The position numbers were made by a program, and so were the translations under genes. Shown here one piece after another: positions 47,780 to 58,943 of a stretch of DNA of 64,000 nt. Each line of letters begins with the position of its first letter. The stretch's first letter is position 1. The notes beneath the pieces are model-generated. The model did not search any database. It was given only the letters and a program-made list of their open reading frames with translations, and was not told the DNA's origin. This DNA is from Candidatus Forterrea multitransposorum CG_2015-17_Forterrea_25_41 (GTDB lineage Archaea; Iainarchaeota; Iainarchaeia; Iainarchaeales; CSSED10-239). The DNA is taken from contig CP045477.1 in the NCBI GenBank assembly GCA_009392915.1, positions 448,001-512,000 on the forward strand, written 5' to 3'.

Positions 47780-47962
47780 AAAACTATCTTTTATGTCAAA
47801 TATATATATTATAATTAAAATAATTTATATATGTTACTAATAAGATAAAATGTATAAGAAAATAGAAAAATAGAAGATTAAATTAAAAATTATTTTTTAT
47901 ATTTAGAAAAAAAACATTAATACCATTAAATAACAGTATCTTGCTTTTTTTCCAAATAAAAA

Positions 47963-48235
47963 TTATCTATTCTTAAATAAAACAACAAATTGTATAATTA
48001 CTAAAATTGCAATTACAGCCCACCAAATAATATTTACTAAATCAACATTTTTACAAGTATCTAATGCATTCATTACTGGTAAACTACAATTACTTATTTT
48101 TTCAACAAAAGTAATATAATTACTTCCAAAAAAACCATAATCAACATTAATTATTTTTACATACCTTAATGCAAAAAGTATAGCTGCAATAAACACCCAC
48201 ACAAAACTAAATACCTTTATTTTATTTTTATTCAT
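47963..48235 (-). CDS. small membrane protein (90 aa)
   Basis: Two or three hydrophobic helices. Confidence 0.3.
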   Translation of the reverse strand: MNKNKIKVFSFVWVFIAAILFALRYVKIINVDYGFFGSNYITFVEKISNCSLPVMNALDTCKNVDLVNIIWWAVIAILVIIQFVVLFKNR

Positions 48236-48304
48236 AATTTATTTTCCCCTTATTATTTTTTATTTTTTAAATTATTTAACAATAATTAATATTTTTAAAA
48301 ATAT

Positions 48305-48589
48305 TTAAACTAATCCAAAAAATTTTAAAATTAACATAATTCCTAAACCAGCAAGACCAAAGATACCTGATATAATTATTGTTAACCAGAAAGGTAGTTT
48401 AATACCTATAATTGTACAAAATATAAAACCTGCAATACCAATTATACTGTTCAATATAAAATTTTTAAAAAATACTAAAAATAAAATTGTTAATACTATT
48501 AAAACAATACCTATAATTAAACTAATAGGATTATTTACTAAATTATTAATACCAACACCAACACTTTGACTAATTATATTTGCATCCAT
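48305..48589 (-). CDS. small membrane protein (94 aa)
   Basis: Three hydrophobic helices. Confidence 0.3.
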   Translation of the reverse strand: MDANIISQSVGVGINNLVNNPISLIIGIVLIVLTILFLVFFKNFILNSIIGIAGFIFCTIIGIKLPFWLTIIISGIFGLAGLGIMLILKFFGLV

Positions 48590-48770
48590 ATTTATTTTCT
48601 CCTATATTCTTTAAATTTAAAATAAAAAAAGTTGTTATTAAAGTTATAATATTTTAAACAATATACATAAGATGTAATACAAACAGTGTATAAAGTGGCT
48701 TATTTTAAGAAAACAAACAAAAATTAGAAAATAATAAAATATTTAATATAAATTGTAAAATAAATTAAAG

Positions 48771-48845
48771 CAGACCGAGTGGGATTTGAACCCACGATCC
48801 CAAGCTTAGGAGGCTTGTGCGTTATCCTGACTACGCTACCGGCCT
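48771..48845 (-). tRNA. tRNA-Gly (anticodon TCC)
   Basis: Acceptor AGGCCGG/TCGGTCT (two G-U pairs), D-stem GCGT/ACGC, anticodon stem CAAGC/GCTTG with loop CTCCTAA, T-arm GTGGGTTCAAATCCCAC. No CCA. Confidence 0.8.
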
Positions 48846-48988
48846 TTTATTTTAAAGAAAAAAAGAATAAAATATAAAATACTAACCTTTTTAAATCATT
48901 GCAATATTACAAATATATAAGTATACTTAAATTTATATTATATTTGTTTTATATATTATTATAGAAAAATCAATCAAGATAGATATTT

Positions 48989-49552
48989 ATGGCAAAAAAC
49001 ATTCTTATTTTCCTAGGACCACAAGGAAGTGGTAAAAGTACTCAAGCAGAAATTGTTGCAAAAGAAAAAAAATATGTACACATCACAGAATCAGATCTTT
49101 TACATGAATTTGTTAAAAAAAATAACAAAGAATCAAAAATGGTAAAAGAAATGATGAAAAAAGGAGAAATGGTTCCTTTTGAGATAACATGTAAAATTAC
49201 TTTTGAAAAAATAGATAAAATTAAATCAAAAAATATTATTCTAGATGGTTTTCCAAGACTTTTAGATCAAACACATGTTCTTGATTATTATATCTATAAA
49301 GAAAATCATAATCTTTTAGGAATAGTATACATTGATTTACCTAAAAAAGAATGTGTAAAAAGATTACTTTTAAGAAAAAGAGAAGATGATACTTTAAAAG
49401 TAATAAATACAAGATTAAAAATTTATTTTGAAAAAACTAAAAAAGTACTTGACCATTATCAAGAAAAAAAGAAATTAATTAAAATTAATGGAAATCAAGT
49501 TATTGATAAAGTTTCAAAAGAAATATTTAAAAAATTAAAAAACATAGTGTGA
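48989..49552 (+). CDS. adk: adenylate kinase (short, bacterial/eukaryal-type)
   Basis: P-loop GPQGSGKSTQ, NMP-binding GEMVPFE and ILDGFPR motifs. 187 aa, lacking a long LID. Confidence 0.7.
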   Translation: MAKNILIFLGPQGSGKSTQAEIVAKEKKYVHITESDLLHEFVKKNNKESKMVKEMMKKGEMVPFEITCKITFEKIDKIKSKNIILDGFPRLLDQTHVLDYYIYKENHNLLGIVYIDLPKKECVKRLLLRKREDDTLKVINTRLKIYFEKTKKVLDHYQEKKKLIKINGNQVIDKVSKEIFKKLKNIV

Positions 49553-49556
49553 AATT

Positions 49557-51170
49557 ATGTCAGATCAAAGAATTATTGAAAATATCAGAAAATTAAAATC
49601 ATTAGGAATGCCTGATAAAGAAATAATCGAGAATCTTGTAAACATAGGTTTATCCCCTGACGAAAGTGCAAAATTAATAAATGATTCTGGTAAAGAAAAA
49701 GAAGAAAGTGAACTTCAAACAAAAATTAAAGAAATAAAAGATAAACCTAAAAAAGAAAAAACAAAAGAAGTAACTCCAAAAAAGAAAGAAGAAATACCAA
49801 ATGATTTCTTTTCAGATGATCAAGGAGAAATAATTGATTCACCAATTAACAATGATACTGATGATGATATCTTAGAAGACGATACTTCAAAAGAATTAAA
49901 CAAATTAAAAAATATATCTTCAAAAGAAAAAAATGATGAGTTAAGTTTTGATATAGATTTAAAAGAAGATAAAAAAGAAGAACCTGATCTTTATAAGAAA
50001 TACAAAGAAGATGAAAATGAAGATTTATATAAAAAATATGTTACAACAAATGAAAAACCAAACCAAGTAGAAGTTAATAATACTGGAGATGTTTGGCAAA
50101 AAGGATTACTTGCAACCATTAACTCTAAATTAACAGAACTTGAAAATAAACAAAAATCTATTGAAGATGCAATTAAATTAAAAATAGAAAATGAAATGGA
50201 TAATATCCAAAAATATCAAGAAAAAACACAACAAGAAACAAAACAAATAACCAGTAAAATAATTTCATCTGAAACAGATAAATTAAATGCAAAAATTGTA
50301 ACAGAAGTTGCAAAACTAAAAATTGCAGAAGCAAAAATAAATAATAAAATACAAATAATTGAAGAAGATAAAGGAAAAATACAAGAACTTTCAAAAGATT
50401 TTGAATCATTAAAAAAAGATTTAAAAGATAATATTATAGAAACTAAAAAAAGAACAGACTCAATTGTATCTAGAACAGAAGAAAGTCTTTCAAAAATAAT
50501 TACAACAACAACAGTTAAACTTAATGAAAAAATTAAAGAAATCAATAGCACTTTAGCATTACAATCAAAAATAACAGAAGGACTTGTTAAAAATACTCAA
50601 AATACATTATCAACAGAAATTAAAAAATTAATAGAGTTCCAAAAAGATATAAAAACACAAATTGATCCTAAAAAAATATATGATAAAATTAGTGAACTTG
50701 AAGACTTTAAGATTAAACTTGCAAATAGATATGAAGAAAGATTTGAAACTGTTAAAACTGAATTTTTACATAAAGCAAAAATTGCAATAAAATCTGAAAT
50801 TGAAAACGATTTAAAAGAGTTAAACCAAATCAAAGAAGAAGTTGTTTCAAAAACAGATCCAGAAAGAATAGAAAAGAAACTTGTAGAACTTAGAAAACTT
50901 GAAGAAGAACTAGTAGCATCAGTTGATACAAAAATAGAACAATCTTTAAAAATATATCAAGCATCAATAACTAAAGAATTTAAAGATAAAATGGTTGAAA
51001 TTGATAACTATAAAAACAGTTTAGAAAAAAGCAAATTATTAGTTGACGAATTAAAAGATAAAATAAAAGAAATAGATAAATTTAAACAACAGTTTATTGC
51101 TGTAATTGATGAAAATATCGAAAAGATGAATCAAAATATGAAGATTCTTCTAGAACAAAAAAAAGGTTAG
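49557..51170 (+). CDS. long coiled-coil protein (537 aa), K/E-rich, unknown function
   Basis: Small N-terminal globular segment, then about 450 aa with heptad-like periodicity. Start is 4 nt after the adk stop. Confidence 0.4.
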   Translation: MSDQRIIENIRKLKSLGMPDKEIIENLVNIGLSPDESAKLINDSGKEKEESELQTKIKEIKDKPKKEKTKEVTPKKKEEIPNDFFSDDQGEIIDSPINNDTDDDILEDDTSKELNKLKNISSKEKNDELSFDIDLKEDKKEEPDLYKKYKEDENEDLYKKYVTTNEKPNQVEVNNTGDVWQKGLLATINSKLTELENKQKSIEDAIKLKIENEMDNIQKYQEKTQQETKQITSKIISSETDKLNAKIVTEVAKLKIAEAKINNKIQIIEEDKGKIQELSKDFESLKKDLKDNIIETKKRTDSIVSRTEESLSKIITTTTVKLNEKIKEINSTLALQSKITEGLVKNTQNTLSTEIKKLIEFQKDIKTQIDPKKIYDKISELEDFKIKLANRYEERFETVKTEFLHKAKIAIKSEIENDLKELNQIKEEVVSKTDPERIEKKLVELRKLEEELVASVDTKIEQSLKIYQASITKEFKDKMVEIDNYKNSLEKSKLLVDELKDKIKEIDKFKQQFIAVIDENIEKMNQNMKILLEQKKG

Positions 51171-51178
51171 AAGTAAAT

Positions 51179-53002
51179 TTAACTTCTAACACTACTTTTA
51201 TGTTTTGTTTTAATAACTCCTGTTGTAAAAAGAATTATTAAAAGTAAAGCTAAAAATATTATACCAAGTAAAATAGATTTAGATAATGTGAAAAAACCTG
51301 TTATAGGGTTTACATCGTCATCATCATATTTTACTAAAGCATCTTTAACTTTTAAAGTTACTGGTTTTGATGTAACAGCTCCAGAATTACTATAGAAAAC
51401 AAAACTGATTTCATATTCTTGAGCAGGTATGTCTCCTGAAATTATTTTTCCAGAAATAACTCTTGATGATTTTTTAGGAATATATGTATATTGATCAATT
51501 TCATAACTTATTTCTTGAGGAAGACCAACAATATCTATTCTTGAAATAGTTATATCTTTATCATCAAAGTTATAAATCTCAAATGAAAAATCTTTAGAAC
51601 CATTTACATCAACTGAAAGTTCTTTTGGGAATGATAAAAATTCAATTTTAAAAATGTCTTTTTGTCTAAAAGAAGTTACATTTAAAACAAATCTTTCAGA
51701 AAAGTTAGATTGATTAGATGCAATAAGTTCAATTTGAGAGCTTTTCTCAACAGTATTTCTACCAGCAGAAACATTAAATACAACAGTCATTGTTGTGTTT
51801 GGAGAAAGTGTTACTCTTTCACTCATATCATTGATTTTAATATCATTTGAAGAAATAAAATCAAAATATATAGTTTCTAAAACATCTCCTTTATTTTCAA
51901 CAACAGCAGTAATATTATAAGATTTACCAATCTCTAAAAGGAAAGAAGATTGTAAAAGTCTTATTTCAAGATTACTTTCTGGTTGTACTAAAAATCTTAA
52001 ATTTCTAGTAGTAGTTGTTCTTTCATCAAAGAAAGATAACTCAACAGGATAATCTCCTGAAGAAATTTCTTGAGTTGCTAAGAAAGTTATAGATACTTCT
52101 TTTAATTCATAAGGAGCAAGTTTAACTTCTCTATTTGAAAAAGAAATTTCTAAAGAATTATCTGATTCTTGAGATATAAAAATATGTTTATTTTTATTAG
52201 AAGTATTTTTAATTGTAAAATCTAAAGTATATTCTTCTCCTTTTGTAAGTAAATGAGTTGTTGATTGAACACCAACTACTGTAAAATCAGGAGTTAAAAC
52301 TTCTTGACAATCTGAAACATAAACATTAAATGTTTTCTTTGAAGTTATTTCATCATTTGAAATTGTTAAAGTAATTAAATGACTACCTGTGCTTGCATTA
52401 AAAGTTTCTATTTGAATAGGAATTTCTACATCGTCTTTTAAATATCTATTATTTCCACCTTTAATATTTGCAATAATAGTATCACTTGATAATGAAAGAT
52501 TATAGAAATCATTCATTGAAACATCTTCAAAAGTTAAAATTACTTCTTGAGCATTATTATTACAATAAGAAGTTCTTGATAAATCAACTTCAAATTTACC
52601 ATCTTCAGAATCATCATCAACATCTATTCTTAAAGAATAATCTCTAATACTGTTTGTTTTCATATCTTTTACAAAGAAAGTAACATCTGAAGATCCATCA
52701 TCTAAAGATTTAATAATAAATGAACTATCAATTGAAGAAAATTGATTAAATGTAAATACTTTTGAAAAATCACATTCAAGTTCATCTTCATCACAGAAAG
52801 TATATACTAATACTTCTTGAGATGTTGAATTATTATTTTCAATTGTAAAATTTATTTTTAAAGTATCATCATCCATCATAGAATAACTATTTTTTTCAAA
52901 ACTAACATTTATTTGGTCTATAGGCTCTGAAAAAACACCAACACTTAAAAGTGCTAAAACCACTAAAATTATTCCAAAAAATAAATAATATTTTTTATTC
53001 AT
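51179..53002 (-). CDS. cell-surface protein with a Sec signal, multiple Ig-like beta domains and a C-terminal TM anchor preceded by a P-x-T-G-F-F motif
   Basis: Signal MNKKYYLFFGIILVVLALLSVGVFS. C-terminus DDDDVNPITGFFTLSKSILLGIIFLALLLIILFTTGVIKTKHK. Confidence 0.5.
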   Translation of the reverse strand: MNKKYYLFFGIILVVLALLSVGVFSEPIDQINVSFEKNSYSMMDDDTLKINFTIENNNSTSQEVLVYTFCDEDELECDFSKVFTFNQFSSIDSSFIIKSLDDGSSDVTFFVKDMKTNSIRDYSLRIDVDDDSEDGKFEVDLSRTSYCNNNAQEVILTFEDVSMNDFYNLSLSSDTIIANIKGGNNRYLKDDVEIPIQIETFNASTGSHLITLTISNDEITSKKTFNVYVSDCQEVLTPDFTVVGVQSTTHLLTKGEEYTLDFTIKNTSNKNKHIFISQESDNSLEISFSNREVKLAPYELKEVSITFLATQEISSGDYPVELSFFDERTTTTRNLRFLVQPESNLEIRLLQSSFLLEIGKSYNITAVVENKGDVLETIYFDFISSNDIKINDMSERVTLSPNTTMTVVFNVSAGRNTVEKSSQIELIASNQSNFSERFVLNVTSFRQKDIFKIEFLSFPKELSVDVNGSKDFSFEIYNFDDKDITISRIDIVGLPQEISYEIDQYTYIPKKSSRVISGKIISGDIPAQEYEISFVFYSNSGAVTSKPVTLKVKDALVKYDDDDVNPITGFFTLSKSILLGIIFLALLLIILFTTGVIKTKHKSSVRS

Positions 53003-53017
53003 ATCTAATCATTTTCC

Positions 53018-53827
53018 TTATTTTTTATTTATATGTCTTATGTATCTAGTTGAGAAAGATAAAACTAAAACAACTAAAAATACAACTAAAAGTATTTTAA
53101 AATATATAGAATCTAAAAAATCTCCTATAAATTTAAGAGAAAAATAACCTGACAAAGGATTATTTTCTAAAATATTAATTTCTTTATTAAATATTAAATT
53201 ATTACAAGTGTAGATAACATTTATTTTATTTTCATACTCTGAATATATAGTACTGTATAAATATTCTGAATTATTTGAAATACTTATTTCTTTTTCTTCA
53301 GTTAAATTAGCACCTATAATATCTGTAATTTTTACTAATTTTATATCATCAGAAGAATTTTTAAATAACATTTTTAAGTTAATAGAACCATCTTCTAAAT
53401 TATCATAAGATAAATCTAAAGATAAATCTTCACAATTTTTATTAAATACTTGATTTATTGTAAAATATTCAACAAATCTATTACCTGCAAAAGAAGTCTC
53501 TATACTTGCAGTATAAGTTTGAGATAAAGAATTATTCAAAGGATATAACTTATAAGTTATTGTTTTATACTCATTTGGAAGTAAAAGTACCTTTTCAACA
53601 GAAAGGTCTGAAGTAAATGGAGAAGTATTTAACTTTATATCAAAGTATACAGCTTCAGATAGAAAATTGTATAAAACAACCTCTTTTTCAATAGCTTCAT
53701 CAGTTAAGTACACGTTATTTTGAAGAGATATAACTGAATTTGAACCTTGAAGAGAGCTTGAGAAAACTAAAGTTATGATTATTGAAGATACTATAAAAAA
53801 CATTAAATTTTTTATATATTTTTTCAT
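53018..53827 (-). CDS. cell-surface protein with a signal peptide and a C-terminal TM anchor preceded by P-L-S-G-Y-F
   Basis: Signal MKKYIKNLMFFIVSSIIITLVFSSS. C-terminus NPLSGYFSLKF...ILLVVFLVVLVLSFSTRYIRHINKK. Confidence 0.45.
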   Translation of the reverse strand: MKKYIKNLMFFIVSSIIITLVFSSSLQGSNSVISLQNNVYLTDEAIEKEVVLYNFLSEAVYFDIKLNTSPFTSDLSVEKVLLLPNEYKTITYKLYPLNNSLSQTYTASIETSFAGNRFVEYFTINQVFNKNCEDLSLDLSYDNLEDGSINLKMLFKNSSDDIKLVKITDIIGANLTEEKEISISNNSEYLYSTIYSEYENKINVIYTCNNLIFNKEINILENNPLSGYFSLKFIGDFLDSIYFKILLVVFLVVLVLSFSTRYIRHINKK

Positions 53828-54212
53828 AATTCTTTAAATCTCCTTATATTTTTTTATTATTAAATTTTTTAAAAGTTTTTGGGGAAAAAGGTTAAAAAGA
53901 AGGTAAGATAGTCTTTGTTAAATGAAGTTAATTTTTTATTAACTTATTAACTGTAAGGATTTGTTATTATATATCTTAAGAAGAAAAAGATTTATAAAGG
54001 AATCTATTTATTATGTATAGTTAAATAATTACTTATATTTAAAAACCTTATTATATCTTTTATGATTAATAATAGATATTAAAAAAGACTATAACTTCTA
54101 GCTTTCCTCTCTGGATCTTAAAGTATATAGCATTCTCCAGAATAAAGATAACTATAATCTGTAAAGATTAATTATCTATATATTTAACATATCATATAAG
54201 AATCTAAAATAT

Positions 54213-57200
54213 TTATTTTAAATTTAAACCAATAACAGAAGTATGTTCCTTTAAAGTTACACCAATAATCTGATCTGCACCAGAAACAAAAGCACCATTG
54301 TGAGATACAGAGATAATAGTTGTATCTTTTGCAAGTTCTTTTACAAAATTAAGTAAAGTTCCTGCATTATAATCATCTAAAGCAGCATCAACTTCATCTA
54401 AAATATAGAAAGGAGCTTTTCTATAAGCATAAAGAGAGAAAATAAAAGCAAGAGCAGTAATTGTCTTTTCTCCACCAGACATTATATCTATATCTTTTGT
54501 TTTACCATTCTTTGTAATATTTATCAAAAGCTTAGAAGTTAAGATATCATCTCCTTCTAAAACAAGTTCACCAGATAAAAGTTTTGACATTTGTTTAATA
54601 ATATTTTTAAATTCTTTATTAATCTTATTAAAACAATCAATAAACACTGTTTTTTTCTTTAAATTTATTTCATTTAACATACTTTCAACTTCTTCTTTTT
54701 CTTTTGAAAGTATACTACATTTTTCTAAAATTTCATCATATTCTTTTGCAAGCTTTCCATAAGAATCAATTGCATTAAAATTAATATTTCCTAAAGCATT
54801 CTTATCTCTTTTAACTTTTCTTAATTCAGAACTAATTTCTTCAAGAGAGATTTCATCCATTAAAACCATATCTTCTTCTTTAAGATCTAAAAGTTTTAAA
54901 TTTTGTTCAATTTGGTTTGCTTTACTTTGGTTTGTTGAAATTAATATCTTTAAGTTATTTAAAGAAAGATTAAGATCTGATATTTGAGAATCATAAAGAT
55001 ATATCTTTTGTGAAATTTCAGTAATTCTTTTAGAAACATCTTGTTTTTCAGAATAAAGTTTATTTTTCTTAATATCTTCTTCTTCAAAATCATTTGAAAT
55101 TTTTATAAGTCTGTTTTCAATATCTTGTTTTCTATCTTCAAGAATTGTAATTTCTTCTTTAAGTTTTGATATTTTATTAGTATTTATTTCAATATAATCT
55201 TTTTTATTTAATATTTTTTCTTGTAAAATCTTTTCATCAGAAGATTTTGAAATAACGCTTTGTTCTAAAAGATTAATTTCTGAGATTAAATCATCATATT
55301 CATTTCTTAGAGAATCATTAATACTTACATTAAATTTTTTTAATTTAATTTCTAAAGATTCCTTTTTTTCTGAAATTTTAGAAATATCATTTTCAAGAGA
55401 AGAGATTTCATTTTCAAGAGAAGAGATGTCTGTTGAAACTCTTAAGATTGTTGTTTGGTTTGTTTTAGTTAAGCTTTCTTCGTTTAATTTTTCAGTTAAA
55501 TCTTGTTTAATTGCTTTTTTTGTGTTTATTGAAATATTTAAAGATTCTTTTTTATCTTTAAAAGAATTTATTTCTTTTAAAAGAGAAGAATTTTCTTCAA
55601 TTAAAGAAGCATATTCTTCTTTTTTATTTTTAAGATCAGATTCTATTTTTAAAATATCAGACTCAAGTTTAGAAGTATCTTTATAGAGAATCTTTCTAAA
55701 AGAAAAACCATCAAAATAATAATCTTTTAAAGAAAGAGAAGGTTTTTTAGAACCTAAGCTATTCTTAAAATAAGAAGCTAATTCTTTTTGTCCAAGATTT
55801 AAGGCACTTAATATTACAAAAGATAAATTATAATCAATATTTGAAAGTATTTTTTTAATTTCACTATCATCTTTTAAAACAACATAAGAAACATAAAAAG
55901 ATTTTTCTGAATCTGAAAGAGAAATTACTTCATCTAAAAAACCAATAAATGTTTTAAAGTCTGAAACTTTTTCTTTAATCTCTTTTCTTTTATCTGTTAT
56001 ATTTGAAGAAGAAGATAAATCTTTCTTTAAAGAAGATAAATCAATCTTTAAATTATTAAGAGTATTTTCTAATGTTTGTTTTTTAATTATATTATTTTCT
56101 AAATTTTTTTCTTTATCTTCAAGTTCTTTAAAAATTAAAGAGATTTCTTTTTCAAGAGAAGATATTTCTTCAGTTAGAGATTTTGATTTTTCTGTAAAAG
56201 ATTGAACTCTTGAAACAATTTCTTTATTTTGTTTTTCTAAATTTTCTTTTTGTAAAGAAAAAGCATTAAGTCTACTTTTTTTCTCAAAGAAAAGATCTTG
56301 TTTTTCATTTAAAGATTTATTTTCAAGAGATAATTTTTCATAAAGCTCTTCTTGCATAGCTTTAATCTCTTCAAATTCTCTTTTATTTTTATCTAAATCT
56401 ATTTTTAAAGCATCTTTAGTTTTTTGTTTTTCAGAAATTTTAGTTTTAATATTTGAAACAATTATTTTAATTTCATCAATTTCTTTTACAAAAGAAGATA
56501 GTTCTTGTGAAGCTTTATTATTTTCAGAAATTAAATAATTTAAATTATTTTTTGAAGAATTTAAAGAATTTGTAACTATTTCTTTAGAAGCATTAATTTC
56601 AGATAATTGTTTTCCAATGGTTGTTTGTACTTTTTCAGAATGAGCAATTAATTCTTGATTTATTTGTTCTAATTTTTCATCAAGTTCTTTTGTTTTTAAA
56701 TTACCATCTTGTTTTTCTATGGTCAAAAGATTAAGTTTTTCTTCTTTTTCTTCTAAATCATTTCCATAATCATTTATTTCTTGAGTATACAAATCAATTT
56801 GTTTTTTATAAAGATTATAATTATATTTATTTTCTAAAGTTTCAAGTTCTTTATACTTAATAGCATTATCTTTTTCTTCTCTTAATTGTTCAACATATGG
56901 CTTTCTTTCATTTAAAGCAATGTTTACTTTATCAAGTCTTTCTTTTACTTTTTTTAAATTAACTTCAGCTTCTTTTTTTCTAGCATCAAAAAGAGAAATT
57001 CCTGAAACATCATCAATGATTGTTCTTCTCTCTTCTGAATTAAGATTTATAATTTTTGTAACATCTCCTTGCTGTACTGTGTTAAAACCATCAGTATCAA
57101 GACCTAATTCGTTTAAATAAGACATTATTTCATGAAGAGCTTGTTTTTTACCATTTAGAGAAAAAATAGATTTACCTTCTTTATCAATCTCTCTTGAAAC

Positions 57201-57461
57201 TTCAATTTCTTGATCTTCGTTTTTTAAAACTGCTCTTACAAGAGCAGTATTTGCTTTTGTATGATGATTAATAAGGTTTGTAAGTTTATCAACTCTTAAT
57301 CTTTTAAGAGAAGTTGCTCCAAAAACAAAAAGTAAAGCATCTACTATATTACTTTTTCCAGAACCATTAGGCCCAACAACAATATGTAGTCCTTTATCAA
57401 AAGGTATTTTAGTATATTCAAAGGATTTGAAATTTTTAATAATAAGTTCTTTTAATTGCAT
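54213..57461 (-). CDS. smc: SMC-family chromosome segregation ATPase
   Basis: N-terminal Walker A GPNGSGKSN, about 900 aa of coiled coil with a central non-coiled hinge-like segment, then C-terminal LSGGEKTITALAFIFS signature plus Walker B ILDEVDAALD. No CxxC zinc hook, so not Rad50. Confidence 0.7.
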   Translation of the reverse strand: MQLKELIIKNFKSFEYTKIPFDKGLHIVVGPNGSGKSNIVDALLFVFGATSLKRLRVDKLTNLINHHTKANTALVRAVLKNEDQEIEVSREIDKEGKSIFSLNGKKQALHEIMSYLNELGLDTDGFNTVQQGDVTKIINLNSEERRTIIDDVSGISLFDARKKEAEVNLKKVKERLDKVNIALNERKPYVEQLREEKDNAIKYKELETLENKYNYNLYKKQIDLYTQEINDYGNDLEEKEEKLNLLTIEKQDGNLKTKELDEKLEQINQELIAHSEKVQTTIGKQLSEINASKEIVTNSLNSSKNNLNYLISENNKASQELSSFVKEIDEIKIIVSNIKTKISEKQKTKDALKIDLDKNKREFEEIKAMQEELYEKLSLENKSLNEKQDLFFEKKSRLNAFSLQKENLEKQNKEIVSRVQSFTEKSKSLTEEISSLEKEISLIFKELEDKEKNLENNIIKKQTLENTLNNLKIDLSSLKKDLSSSSNITDKRKEIKEKVSDFKTFIGFLDEVISLSDSEKSFYVSYVVLKDDSEIKKILSNIDYNLSFVILSALNLGQKELASYFKNSLGSKKPSLSLKDYYFDGFSFRKILYKDTSKLESDILKIESDLKNKKEEYASLIEENSSLLKEINSFKDKKESLNISINTKKAIKQDLTEKLNEESLTKTNQTTILRVSTDISSLENEISSLENDISKISEKKESLEIKLKKFNVSINDSLRNEYDDLISEINLLEQSVISKSSDEKILQEKILNKKDYIEINTNKISKLKEEITILEDRKQDIENRLIKISNDFEEEDIKKNKLYSEKQDVSKRITEISQKIYLYDSQISDLNLSLNNLKILISTNQSKANQIEQNLKLLDLKEEDMVLMDEISLEEISSELRKVKRDKNALGNINFNAIDSYGKLAKEYDEILEKCSILSKEKEEVESMLNEINLKKKTVFIDCFNKINKEFKNIIKQMSKLLSGELVLEGDDILTSKLLINITKNGKTKDIDIMSGGEKTITALAFIFSLYAYRKAPFYILDEVDAALDDYNAGTLLNFVKELAKDTTIISVSHNGAFVSGADQIIGVTLKEHTSVIGLNLK

Positions 57462-57559
57462 TAATAATCAAGGATTTATAATTTTATATTTAGTAAATAT
57501 ACTAAAATATATTATACCAAAATATATTTAAATACTACAATAAAGAAAAAAAAAGAAAA

Positions 57560-58852
57560 TTAGAAGAAATTTTCATTCTTCTTAATTTCTGTCTTTCCAT
57601 ACATATAAGGAACTAAAACTTCAGGAACTTTTATGTTTCCTTCCTTTGTTTGGAAGTTTTCAATAATAGCAACTAAAGTTCTTTGAGTAGGTATAGCTGT
57701 ATTATTTAAAGTATGAACATAATACTTTTCCCCTTGCTTTGTTTTTCCTTTAATGTTAAGACCAATTGCTTGAGCTTCTGTAAGATTTGAACAAGAACCA
57801 AGCTCTATAAAACCATTTCTTCTTGGAGAATGTGCTTCTAAGTCTATTTGTCTGTATTTCATGTCACCTAAATCTCCAGAACAAATCTCTAAAATTCTTA
57901 TTGGAAGACCTAAGCCTTTAAAGATCTCTATAGAGTTATTTTTAAGTTCTTCAAATATTTTTTCAGATTCATCTGCTTTACAGATTACAACTTGCTCTAT
58001 CTTATCAAATTGATGAAGACGGAAAAGACCTCTTTCTTCAATACCATGAGCTCCAATCTCTTTTCTAAAACATGAAGTATAAGAGTAAAGTTTTAAAGGT
58101 AATTTTTCTTCAGGAATAGTCTTATCCATAAACATTGAGATTAATGGATGCTCTGAAGTTCCTATCATGTAAAGGTCTTCATTTTCTATTTTATAGACCA
58201 TATCTTTAAAGAAAGTAAAATCAATAACACCATCACATGCTTTTTTATTAATCATTAATGGTGGTAGGACGTATGTATATCCTTTCTTTGCTAAGATATC
58301 TTGAGCATACCTTATTAAAGCATTGTTAAGTAAAGCAAGATCTCCTAAAAGATAATAAAAGCCTTTACCAGAGTTATCTCTTGAAGAATCAAAGTCTACA
58401 ATGTTTAGTTTTTCTGCAATCTCAGCATGACCTTTTATTTCAAAATCAAAGTCTCTTATTTTCCCATACTCTTCAGTTACAACATTTTCTTTATCATCTT
58501 TACCTATTGGTGTTTCTTTACTTATAAGGTTTGGTATTTGATTTAAGAGCGTATCAATTTCTTCTTTTTGTGTTTTTAAAACAACATCCATTTCTTTTAT
58601 TTTTTCAGGTAAAGCTTTAACTTCAGCTAAGACATCGCTTGCATCTTGACCATTATGTTTTCTTTTTGCAACTTCTTCAGTTAAGATGTTTCTTTGATTT
58701 CTTAATTGATTTGCTTTTTTTAAAGTCTCTCTGTATTCTATATCTAAAGCAATTAATTTTTCTAGGGAAGAAACCTTATGCTCCTGGAATTTCTTCTTTA
58801 AGTTTTCAATAACTGCTTCTTTGTTTTCTCTTATATATTTTATGTCAAGCAT
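57560..58852 (-). CDS. serS: seryl-tRNA synthetase
   Basis: N-terminal coiled-coil arm and class II core (motif 2 FRKEIGAHGIEERGLFRLHQF, motif 3 near the C-terminus). 430 aa. Confidence 0.9.
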   Translation of the reverse strand: MLDIKYIRENKEAVIENLKKKFQEHKVSSLEKLIALDIEYRETLKKANQLRNQRNILTEEVAKRKHNGQDASDVLAEVKALPEKIKEMDVVLKTQKEEIDTLLNQIPNLISKETPIGKDDKENVVTEEYGKIRDFDFEIKGHAEIAEKLNIVDFDSSRDNSGKGFYYLLGDLALLNNALIRYAQDILAKKGYTYVLPPLMINKKACDGVIDFTFFKDMVYKIENEDLYMIGTSEHPLISMFMDKTIPEEKLPLKLYSYTSCFRKEIGAHGIEERGLFRLHQFDKIEQVVICKADESEKIFEELKNNSIEIFKGLGLPIRILEICSGDLGDMKYRQIDLEAHSPRRNGFIELGSCSNLTEAQAIGLNIKGKTKQGEKYYVHTLNNTAIPTQRTLVAIIENFQTKEGNIKVPEVLVPYMYGKTEIKKNENFF

Positions 58853-58943
58853 AGTAATTTCCTCCTTTTACACTTTTTATGTTAAAATATATATATATTT
58901 ATTATATCAAAACAAATATAAATAGAAAATAAAAAGAAAAAAC

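Noticed and set aside
54213-57461. Rad50 instead of SMC
   Set aside because: There is no central CxxC zinc-hook and no adjacent Mre11-like phosphoesterase. The central non-coiled segment looks hinge-like.
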